Positions 17,695-25,679 of a stretch of DNA of 32,000 nucleotides are shown here, in pieces. This stretch comes from Gemmata obscuriglobus. Its GTDB lineage: Bacteria > Planctomycetota > Planctomycetia > Gemmatales > Gemmataceae. A program made the translations under genes and the position numbers. How positions within the stretch are numbered: position 1 is the stretch's first letter; every line of letters begins with the position of its first letter. The notes under the pieces are model-generated. The model did not search any database, had not been told where the DNA came from, and was given only the letters and a program-made list of their open reading frames with translations. The stretch covers positions 4,260,001 through 4,292,000 of the forward strand of contig NZ_CP042911.1 of the NCBI RefSeq assembly GCF_008065095.1, in the 5' to 3' direction.

Positions 17695-18482
17695 GCGGAC
17701 CCCGGTGTCGGCGGAGGCAACGGCGGCAGTGGCGCCGGCGCGGTTTCGGGCAGGTGTGGTGTTATCTTAGCGACCGGCCCCGCCGCCGTTCCAAGTGTGC
17801 CGCGGCTTGATGGGTTGGAAAAAGCCGGTGGCGCGCATTTCTTCCTCTCCAGGTACCGGTCCCCGACTGGGATCGGCTCGTCATCGTCGGCCGAAGGCAA
17901 TACCAGTCTGACATCCTGGTGTACGAGTACCGACGACCGTTCGCTCGCTGCGCAGATTGTAGCCTCGCTGCTTTTTCTTCTATGTTAACCAATTCGTTTG
18001 ATGTACGCCTAGTAGCAGTATCCGCAGCGACCTCGTCGCCGGCAATTTCTTTTGCCAAATGTGTCGATTAAAGTAGGTGTTCCGATGGGCCGAATGCACC
18101 TCGACCGCTCTTCCCAACCCCGGCGCCCTCGTTGCGGACGTTCGACAAACAGAACTCCCGTACCGAGTGGACCCGTTTGGTAAATCCGTCCGGCTGACGA
18201 CCCCGTGACCCAGTTCAACCGGCAGGGTATTGAAGTCCGCGTCGGCCCGTTGCACGGGCAGAGGCCGTGCCGCCAGTTTCTCAGCGCAGCCGACAACGGG
18301 CGTGGGGCGTAGACGAATATGGGTTTCTGACTATGGACCGGATCAGCTTGGCGAAGGAGGCGCGGCGGCTGTGATAGTAGCTCGCGCGATCGGTTAAAAG
18401 TGCTGCCTACGGCTTCATTGCGCGCGGAAATTGATCTGAGTAACGAGCCTCGCACTGGTTGTGGGGTGCTACAACGGTACAG

Positions 18483-18956
18483 TCATTCGGCACCGGCGTT
18501 GATCTGGCCCTTAATCATCCGTTGTGTCGCATCCCAGCCAGCTTCCAGGTGCGCGTAGTACCCGGCGGCGTCGAGTGTTTCTGCGGCATCGCCGATCAAC
18601 TCGAACAGCCACCCGGCGCCGTAGCTGTCCAGGTTGATCGTGCCCGGATCGTTCAGCAGGGCAGTGTTGAACCGCACGACCGTGCCCGCAACGGGAGCAT
18701 ATAGCCCGGAGGTGGCCTTCTGAGTTTCAATAAAGCCGATCTCTTGCCGGAGTGTGACCATCTTGCCAGCGTCCACACGCCATTCGAGAAAGTACACATC
18801 CTGCATGAGCCGCACGGCGTAGGCCGTGAACCCGAACACGAGCACACTCGGTTGCTCGCCCGCCGGGCGGCACCACATGTGGTTTTTGCAGTATCGCAAG
18901 TCCCCCGGCACCGGGGCCGGGTGCTTGCCCATCATGAACACGAGCGGCTCGGGCAT
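18483..18956 (-). CDS. Glycine-cleavage H-protein-like (lipoyl/swinging-arm carrier) protein
   Basis: Collinear with GcvH: LRYCKNHMWCR (cf. LKYSKEHEWLR), IETQKATSGLYAPVAG (cf. ESVKAASDIYAPVSG, with the lysine codon at 18717-18719) and GAGWLFEL. It carries N- and C-terminal extensions relative to canonical GcvH (~128 aa). Confidence 0.75.
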   Translation of the reverse strand: MPEPLVFMMGKHPAPVPGDLRYCKNHMWCRPAGEQPSVLVFGFTAYAVRLMQDVYFLEWRVDAGKMVTLRQEIGFIETQKATSGLYAPVAGTVVRFNTALLNDPGTINLDSYGAGWLFELIGDAAETLDAAGYYAHLEAGWDATQRMIKGQINAGAE

Positions 18957-19074
18957 GGGGGCACTGGTGTGGATCGGGTGGGTCCCGGAACGATGGAGCC
19001 GAACTGCGAAGGCTCGCGGGCGACGACACCGGGAACGGTCTGGTCACGTTTCGGTCTGGGCGCGCCTTCGGTCG

Positions 19075-20445
19075 TCAAGTGTACCGCGAACTCAGGTATT
19101 GCGGATCAAAGAACGCCGGCAGGTGCCGATCAATCTGGATCAGCCCTTCGGGGGTGCAATCGACGCCTTCTCCGGTGACCTTGAGCCACCCCTCGCGGTC
19201 CAGTTTTGCGAGCGGTTCGCGGAACTCGGTGCGGATGTCAACCCCATACTTGCCTCGGAAGTAGTCCACGTCGAGGTGACCGGTTTTGAGGAGGAGGACG
19301 ACCTCGCGGATCAACCGGTCGCGCTCGGTAGTCGGGAACGCGCGGCCGAGGGGCAACTCACCGGCCTCCAGCTTGCCAACGTATGCTTCCCAGGTGTCGA
19401 GGTTCTGCATGTGAACGCCGTTCACGTGCCCGAACGACGCGACGCCAGTTCCGAACATGTCCGCCCCGCGCCAGAGGGCTTCCCGGTACACGAACTTCGT
19501 GTTCGCCTTGCTCTTCACCACCGTAGTCGCGCTGGAGACCTCGTAGCCGTTTTTGACCAACTCGTCGAACGCGTACTTGGTCCAGGCGCGTTTCGTGGGC
19601 CAGTCCGCGACGTTGCCCGCGGGCGATACAGTTCCCTCGGCGGGCTGGATCAGATCGAGCGACGTGCGTGCGGCACCGTCCTTGACCCGGAGCGCCTTGG
19701 AGAACTCCGTGTTGTACGGCAGCTCCATCTGGTAAATGGTCACGCAATCCGGCTGAAGCTCTAAGAGCTTTGCGACGCAGCGTTTCCAGTTGTCCCAGTC
19801 CTCCCCCACCATCCCGGCGATCAGGTCGATGTTGATTTGCGGGAACCCGAGCTCGCGCGCCCAGCCGAACGCGCGGTAGATCTCGTCTTCGGAGTGCGCG
19901 CGCCCGTTGTACTGAAGGATCTCCGGCTTGAAGTTCTCGACCCCGAGGCTCAGGCGGGTGATGCCGTGCGTTCGAAGCGTTTCCAGTTTGTGCTTCTGGA
20001 GCGTGCCGGGCTCGCACTCGAACGTTACCTCGCGGGCGCTGTCCCACGGCATGATGGCCCGCAAGCGCGACATCAGCCCGTCGAGCTGTGACGCGCTGAG
20101 GTACGACGGGGTCCCGCCGCCGAAATAAACGTAGTCCAGCGGCCGACCGCCGACACACCCCGTCTTGCTGAGCAGCTCGACCTCTTTGGTGATCGCGTTG
20201 AGGTAGACCGAGATGTCGCTGGCGTTCTTGTCCGTGTAGACACGAAAATAACAGAACTTGCACCGCTTCCGGCAGAACGGGATGTGGAGGTACAGACCGA
20301 GCGGGACACCGGGGCGCGGGGGCGAGTTGACCGCCCGCTCGGCATCGGGGAGATACGAACTACTCCAAAACGAGAACTGTGGGTAGTTCGCGATGAAGTA
20401 GTTACCCAAGCCCGTTTTTTCTTGCTCGGCAGCGCTGACAGTCAT
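19075..20445 (-). CDS. HemN-like radical SAM enzyme (oxygen-independent coproporphyrinogen oxidase family)
   Basis: The CxxxCxxC motif FCRKRCKFCYF is at 20251-20274. YFGGGTPS and a HemN_C-like tail are present. 456 aa, ATG start. Confidence 0.8.
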   Translation of the reverse strand: MTVSAAEQEKTGLGNYFIANYPQFSFWSSSYLPDAERAVNSPPRPGVPLGLYLHIPFCRKRCKFCYFRVYTDKNASDISVYLNAITKEVELLSKTGCVGGRPLDYVYFGGGTPSYLSASQLDGLMSRLRAIMPWDSAREVTFECEPGTLQKHKLETLRTHGITRLSLGVENFKPEILQYNGRAHSEDEIYRAFGWARELGFPQINIDLIAGMVGEDWDNWKRCVAKLLELQPDCVTIYQMELPYNTEFSKALRVKDGAARTSLDLIQPAEGTVSPAGNVADWPTKRAWTKYAFDELVKNGYEVSSATTVVKSKANTKFVYREALWRGADMFGTGVASFGHVNGVHMQNLDTWEAYVGKLEAGELPLGRAFPTTERDRLIREVVLLLKTGHLDVDYFRGKYGVDIRTEFREPLAKLDREGWLKVTGEGVDCTPEGLIQIDRHLPAFFDPQYLSSRYT

Positions 20446-20460
20446 GATGAGCCTTCACGT

Positions 20461-21309
20461 TCAGACGGAATCGGGATCGACCCCGAGCGCGCGGAGCCGG
20501 GCGGCGAGTTTCTCGGCGCGCTGCTTTTCGGTCTCGGCGCGCTGCTTTTCGGTCTCGGCGCGCTGCTTTTCGGTCTCGGCGCGCTGCTTTTCGGTCTCGG
20601 CGCGCTGCTTTTCGGTCTCGGCGCGCTGCTTTTCGGTCTCGGCGCGGCGGTGCTGAGCTTCCGCACGCTCTCCCGCGGTCGGAAGCATGTGCCCCTCGCG
20701 ATCCCACGCCCGCAGCCAGTTCGTTGTGTACCCGTGGTATTCACCGTGCCAGAGACCCAAGCTGATGTCCATGTCTCTGATACGGACCCGTCCGTTCGCG
20801 TCCGCGTCCAACTGCCGGTAGCTCCCACGGATCAGTTCGTACACCTCCAACACATTTCGCGGGGTGTCCCAGATGACGTAGAAGGTGGCCGCGATCGCGT
20901 GCTCGTACACCCAAAACTTGCCGGTGATCGGCGTACGGTCACGTTCATCGTCCCCGTTTCCCGAGACGTACTCCACGACGACGAGCGGGTTACCCCCTTC
21001 TTGGAAGTGGACGTAAGAGCGACGCAGCTCTCCGTCCAGCAGCCGCGGCACGTTGGGGACGTAGTACCAGTCGGGCGACTTGCACCCGTCGAGTGGGTTC
21101 GGCTTCGCGTGATACCAGTAGATGCCCGTGTCCGCACCCACAAAATAGTTGCCGTCGGGGTGCAGCCTGGTCAGCACCGGGAGCAACACATCTGAGAGCA
21201 ACGCGCTCTGCGGGTGCTCGAACGCGTTCTCCACGGGTTTGCCGTCCGTTTCGGGAAGGTCGAGGTGCGTCGGACCGCTCACAACGACGGGCGCTTCCGC
21301 GATCGACAT
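20461..21309 (-). CDS. Uma2 (DUF820) family PD-(D/E)xK putative endonuclease with a repeat-expanded C-terminal tail
   Basis: SPDWYYV, VVVEYVS and GKFWVYEHAIAATFYVIWD match the Uma2 nuclease core pattern. The tail is (AETEKQR)x6 followed by AEKLAARLRALGVDPDSV. Confidence 0.75.
   Translation of the reverse strand: MSIAEAPVVVSGPTHLDLPETDGKPVENAFEHPQSALLSDVLLPVLTRLHPDGNYFVGADTGIYWYHAKPNPLDGCKSPDWYYVPNVPRLLDGELRRSYVHFQEGGNPLVVVEYVSGNGDDERDRTPITGKFWVYEHAIAATFYVIWDTPRNVLEVYELIRGSYRQLDADANGRVRIRDMDISLGLWHGEYHGYTTNWLRAWDREGHMLPTAGERAEAQHRRAETEKQRAETEKQRAETEKQRAETEKQRAETEKQRAETEKQRAEKLAARLRALGVDPDSV
20512..20646. repeat. Perfect tandem repeat: 21-bp unit x 6 plus a 9-nt partial copy, in frame within the Uma2 gene
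   Basis: The unit ctcggcgcgctgcttttcggt occupies 20512-20637 with no mismatch. A partial copy ctcggcgcg follows at 20638-20646. It encodes the heptapeptide AETEKQR. Confidence 0.95.
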
Positions 21310-21333
21310 CCGTTGCCCCCCAACAAATACCAG

Positions 21334-22431
21334 CTATTTCTTTCCCAAACAGTATACTACGCCCTTGTCTGTGCCGACAATGAGACAGTCCGGCCCTACG
21401 GCAGGAGACCCACACACGGCGGCGTCGAGTGCGAGTTCCTGGACTTTCTTCCCCGTCTTCAGATCGAGAACGTAGAACTCGCCGTCGTCACTCAGGCACC
21501 CGCCGTACACCTTCCCGCCCACCACGACCGGCGACGCATCGACCTGTCCCTTTGTTGCGAACTCCCAAACTTTCTTTCCCGTTTTCGGGTCGAGCCCGTA
21601 CAGCTTCTTATCCCTGCTGCCGGCCACGATCAGTTCCCCGGCAGCGGCGCTCGCGTAGAACGGCTGCTGTCGCACCGGCGCCTCGAACGACCACAGCTTT
21701 TCCTTCTTCTTCACATCTACTGCCACCAATGTGTTCGCCATCGTCCCGACGTACGCCACGTTGTCGGCGATCGCGGCGGTCGCGGCGGCCTGTCCGCCGA
21801 GGTCCACGGACCCGAGTTCCTTCCCGGTTTTGGCATCGAGGATGTGGAGGACGCTGTCACAGCCGGCCACGAACGTCACGTCACCGATCACGGCCGGCGA
21901 GCCGTTGACGGGACCGTCCGTCTTCACGTCCCAGACCTTTTTGCCGTTGGCGTTGAGGCAGTACAAGGTCGAGTCGTGAGACCCCACCAGCACGTTGGAG
22001 CCGTGGAAGTTGGCCCCGGACATGATCTCGCCAGCGGTCTCGAACTCCCACACTTTTGAGCCGTCAGTAGCGTTTAGGCAGAAGAACTTGCCGTCCAGGT
22101 TGCCCACGAACACACGGTCGCCCCGGACGGCCGGGGCCGCCTTCATCGCGCCAAGCTTGACCTTCCATTTCTCCTTGCCGGTGGCGAGTTCGACGGCGTA
22201 CAGGTGTTTGTCCAGGGACGCGAGGTACACCGTGTCACCGACGACGGCCGGGGCCGCCTCGACCGCGTCTTTGGCCTTAAACGTCCACCGCTCTTCGAGC
22301 GCGTCAGGGAGCTTGGCGGTTCCGGTCCCGGTCATGAGCGGGTCGCCGCGGAACACCGGCCAGTCGGCAGCGCCGGGAGCGGGGCACAGCGCCGCAGCGG
22401 CCAGCACGGCCGGGAACAGAACGCGGGTCAT
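21334..22431 (-). CDS. PQQ-like / BamB-like beta-propeller repeat protein, secreted
   Basis: The internal ATG at 22431 is preceded by GAGG and yields the signal peptide MTRVLFPAVLAAAALCPAPGAADWPVFRGD. Repeated V(Y/F)VG(S/T)...LY(A/C)L(D/N)...G blades follow. Confidence 0.7.
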   Translation of the reverse strand: MTRVLFPAVLAAAALCPAPGAADWPVFRGDPLMTGTGTAKLPDALEERWTFKAKDAVEAAPAVVGDTVYLASLDKHLYAVELATGKEKWKVKLGAMKAAPAVRGDRVFVGNLDGKFFCLNATDGSKVWEFETAGEIMSGANFHGSNVLVGSHDSTLYCLNANGKKVWDVKTDGPVNGSPAVIGDVTFVAGCDSVLHILDAKTGKELGSVDLGGQAAATAAIADNVAYVGTMANTLVAVDVKKKEKLWSFEAPVRQQPFYASAAAGELIVAGSRDKKLYGLDPKTGKKVWEFATKGQVDASPVVVGGKVYGGCLSDDGEFYVLDLKTGKKVQELALDAAVCGSPAVGPDCLIVGTDKGVVYCLGKK

Positions 22432-22448
22432 GGCGCACACCTCACGAG

Positions 22449-23648
22449 TTACCACGCGGCCTGATACAGCTTGTGGATATCGGCCTCGGTCACGGGGCGG
22501 GGGTTGAACCGCGCGGTCCACTGTTGGTTCGCCTCCTCGGCGAGCAGAGGGAGGATAGTGTCACTCACCCCGCACTCTTTCAAGGATTGCGGCAGACCCG
22601 CCGCGGCGGTCAGTTGCCGGACGCGGGCCGCGAGGGCTTCCGCTGCGGGCCGGCCGTTCGCGCCGGCGGCGGTCGGGGCCAGTTCGGCGTACAGGTGTCC
22701 CACGGCGGCGGCGTTGAAGCGGATCACGTGCGGGAGCATCACCCCGATCGCCACCCCGTGGGTGATCCCGTAATGTGCCGTCAGCGGGTTGGCGCAACTG
22801 TGGCACACCCCGAGCATCGAACTCTCGATCGCCATCCCCGCCAGGTGCGAACCGATCTGCATGGCGGACCGGGCCGTCAGGTTCTGCGGGTCGGTCAGGA
22901 CCGTCTCGAAGTTCGGTTCCAGGTAGCCGAACGCGGCCCGCGCGTACATCGCGGACACGGCGTTACGCTTCGTACACACGAACGACTCGATCGCGTGCGC
23001 GAGCGCGTCGATCCCGGTGACCGCGGTAACCGAGCGGGGCTGAGAGAGCGTCAACTCCGGATCGAGGATCGACACCCGGAACGCGGCCTTCTTGTCCCCG
23101 CACGCCATTTTCAGGTGGGTGCGCTCGTCGGTGATGAGCGCGTAACACTGGGCCTCGCTGCCTGTTCCCGCAGTGGTGGGCACCCCGACGGACGGCAGCA
23201 TCGGCTTGGCGGCCTTCCCGTGCCCCTTGTAGTCGGCCATGCGGCCGCCGTTGGTGAGAATGAAGTTGATGCCTTTGGCACAATCCATTGAGCTGCCGCC
23301 GCCGACCGCCACGAGGCAGTCCGCGCCATGCTCCCTCGCGCGTGAGACGCCGTTCCCGACCTCGTGATCGGTGGGGTTCTCGCGGACGCCGTCGAAAACG
23401 GCCACATCGAGTCCGGCTTCGCGCATGAACCCGACAGCCCGGCCCGGATGCCCGGTGTGCGCGAGGCCGGCGTCGGTCACCAGTAGCACCCGGGTCCCGC
23501 CCACCGAGCGGACCGCCGCGCCGAGCTGCGCGAGCGCGCCCGGTGCGAAGATGACACGCCCGAGCGGCTCGTGGTCAAACGGCGGCAGGCCGCCGGGCGT
23601 GCTGGAGGGCGCGCTGCTTGTAGAGGTGGGTGAAGAGGTTCCCTTCAT
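22449..23648 (-). CDS. Iron-containing (group III) alcohol dehydrogenase
   Basis: RVLLVTD, LVAVGGGSSMDCAKG, VGVPTTAGTGSE and the His-rich metal site (ALAHAIES, CHSCANPLT) fit Fe-ADH. The only canonical start (ATG 23648) overlaps the upstream ALDH gene by 74 nt. Confidence 0.8.
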   Translation of the reverse strand: MKGTSSPTSTSSAPSSTPGGLPPFDHEPLGRVIFAPGALAQLGAAVRSVGGTRVLLVTDAGLAHTGHPGRAVGFMREAGLDVAVFDGVRENPTDHEVGNGVSRAREHGADCLVAVGGGSSMDCAKGINFILTNGGRMADYKGHGKAAKPMLPSVGVPTTAGTGSEAQCYALITDERTHLKMACGDKKAAFRVSILDPELTLSQPRSVTAVTGIDALAHAIESFVCTKRNAVSAMYARAAFGYLEPNFETVLTDPQNLTARSAMQIGSHLAGMAIESSMLGVCHSCANPLTAHYGITHGVAIGVMLPHVIRFNAAAVGHLYAELAPTAAGANGRPAAEALAARVRQLTAAAGLPQSLKECGVSDTILPLLAEEANQQWTARFNPRPVTEADIHKLYQAAW

Positions 23649-25011
23649 GCGGCTGGTCCCAGGTCAGTCGGTTCGTCGGGAGCGGCCCGATGTTGAGGCG
23701 CTCGATGCTCGGGCACGCCATGCACTCTGCAATGAACGCCGGGTCGTCGGTCAGGGCCGTGGCCGCGAGGGTGTAACCGATCCGCTTCAGCACGTCGTAT
23801 TGCGGGTATTCTACGACGCTGGCGTAGGGAAACAGGAACTCCTTGTTCGCCAGCGGGTGGTCGGGCGTGTCGCACCGGATGATAGTGGGCAGCAGCCACG
23901 CGCACCGCCCCTCCTTCACCAACCGCGGCGAGCCCCGCAGCTCCTGCGTGATGTCCCGAGCGCCGGGAGTCTTCAGGCCCTCCTCGACCATGTTATTAAT
24001 CGCCTCGGCCACTTCGGGCTTGGCGAAAGCGCTGACCTCGCAAGCGGGGTCGTCCCATGGACGGGCCTTCGCGCCGGCGAGCTTCCGGGCCACTCCCTCT
24101 GCGATGGCGTCGGCGTTCTTCGGGGTCCAGATGGCGCTGGCGTTCACGCACGCCCGCCCGCCGTTGCCCGCGACCGCCTCGACCATCAAGTCGGTATGCT
24201 GCGCCCAGTGGTCGGCCTGGTCCTCGCCGAAGATGATCTTGGAGTACCCGGTGCCGTGGATCTCGACCCGGTGGTCGTTCTTGTACGGCGCCATGCTGCG
24301 GTCGTCGCCGAAGGCCATGCTGCGGCCGCAGAGCCGGAGGATGTCGGCGCTGCCGGCGTGGTCGGTCGGCAGGAATCCGAGCACGTTCGCCGGCACGCCG
24401 GCCTTGATGAACGCCTGGAGCACCCGGTACGGGGTCCACGGCTCCTCGCGGCCCGGCTTCAGGAGAAGTGGGATTTTGAACGCGAGGGTGGGCACCCACA
24501 GCGAGTGAACGCCGGGTGAGTTCGAGGGCAGTACCGCGCCGAACACGTCGGTCGTGGGGTAGAACGCCTGCATCTGGCCGGTGGCGGTCGTGTACCCCTT
24601 GTCGAGGGCGTCGATCGGCAACCCGCGGGTCAGTCCCCCTATCACCTCCTCAATGTTGTCCAGAACGTAGTGAACCTTTCGCGCGTTGCGGTCGCAAAAC
24701 ACCAGCGCGCTGCCGGTGGTGGCCGACAGCAGGCGGGTGTACTGATCGAAGGTGAGTTCGGTGTCGCCGCAGGGCAGGGTGGCGTTGAGGAAGTAATCGG
24801 CGGCCTTCTTGTACATCGCCAGGAGGTCGCGGACGGGTATCGCGGCCAGCTCACGGTGCGCCCGCTCCATGTTGCTCAGGTCGCGGGCGATCATGGACCC
24901 CGTGACTTGGCTCACCTCCGCGACCGGTTCGCCGGTGACGTGGTGAATGAGTTGGGCCTTATCGAGGCTCGTATACGCTTTGCCGAAACGGAGCGCGGGG
25001 ATTTGGATCAT
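23575..25011 (-). CDS. Aldehyde dehydrogenase superfamily protein (divergent)
   Basis: 478 aa with an ALDH-like layout. A candidate catalytic Cys sits in NGGRACVNASAIW, and EIHGTGYSK stands where ELGG normally lies. ATG start. I do not recognise the subfamily. Confidence 0.6.
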   Translation of the reverse strand: MIQIPALRFGKAYTSLDKAQLIHHVTGEPVAEVSQVTGSMIARDLSNMERAHRELAAIPVRDLLAMYKKAADYFLNATLPCGDTELTFDQYTRLLSATTGSALVFCDRNARKVHYVLDNIEEVIGGLTRGLPIDALDKGYTTATGQMQAFYPTTDVFGAVLPSNSPGVHSLWVPTLAFKIPLLLKPGREEPWTPYRVLQAFIKAGVPANVLGFLPTDHAGSADILRLCGRSMAFGDDRSMAPYKNDHRVEIHGTGYSKIIFGEDQADHWAQHTDLMVEAVAGNGGRACVNASAIWTPKNADAIAEGVARKLAGAKARPWDDPACEVSAFAKPEVAEAINNMVEEGLKTPGARDITQELRGSPRLVKEGRCAWLLPTIIRCDTPDHPLANKEFLFPYASVVEYPQYDVLKRIGYTLAATALTDDPAFIAECMACPSIERLNIGPLPTNRLTWDQPHEGNLFTHLYKQRALQHARRPAAV

Positions 25012-25679
25012 GGGTGCCGGTTGGGTGGGTGATCGGCCGCTCGCGGGCGCAGCGCAGGAGTGTACCGGCGGCCCGGAGCGCGTTTACACTGGAACATACC
25101 GATTGACGCCGGCGGTCACAACCAGGATCGGTAGACACTGCGGTTGAGTCATGGCGATGGACGGTTAAAAGGACGTGAACGCGGCCCACTGCAAGTCCCC
25201 ACGCTGAGCGACTCGGGAAGTAACGCGGTGGGGTGTTGGTCCTCCAGAGGGATGTTCAGGCGTCGCCGGCGCGCAGAGCGTCATCGAGCGTAACATCAAC
25301 CAGTATTGTAAAATCTGGCGTCTACGCTCGCTGAGTGTGACGTGCGCCGCCCTTTCGTAAGTTCAAGACTTTCAACGTGGTCGACGGTTTGATTTGTACG
25401 CGCGGTGGAGAACTCACGTTGAAATCCGGCGCTGGCGTTGGAAATGGATGAATTCGGTATGAGTTCCGGCCCAGCGGTGGTGCCATGATCGGGATCGGTC
25501 GCGGAACCCGAGGAGCGACGGGATGGCATCGGGCACCGACACCGCCGCGGGCCGTGATCTGTAACGAGGAATCTCAGTGGCCCACTCTGTTGGTTCCTGT
25601 CCAAATGACCTTGCCCTGGCGAGGTCCGTGCGGCGCGCCACTGGATCCGCCCGCCAGGGTCGAACTGGCGACGTTATAG

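Noticed and set aside
20512-20646. Regularly spaced 21-bp repeats, considered as a possible CRISPR array
   Set aside because: The units are directly abutting with no spacers. They lie in frame inside a CDS and encode a heptapeptide. This is a coding tandem repeat, not a CRISPR array.
23371-24519. 382-aa plus-strand ORF over the ALDH/ADH genes
   Set aside because: It is antisense to frames with clear ALDH and Fe-ADH motifs.
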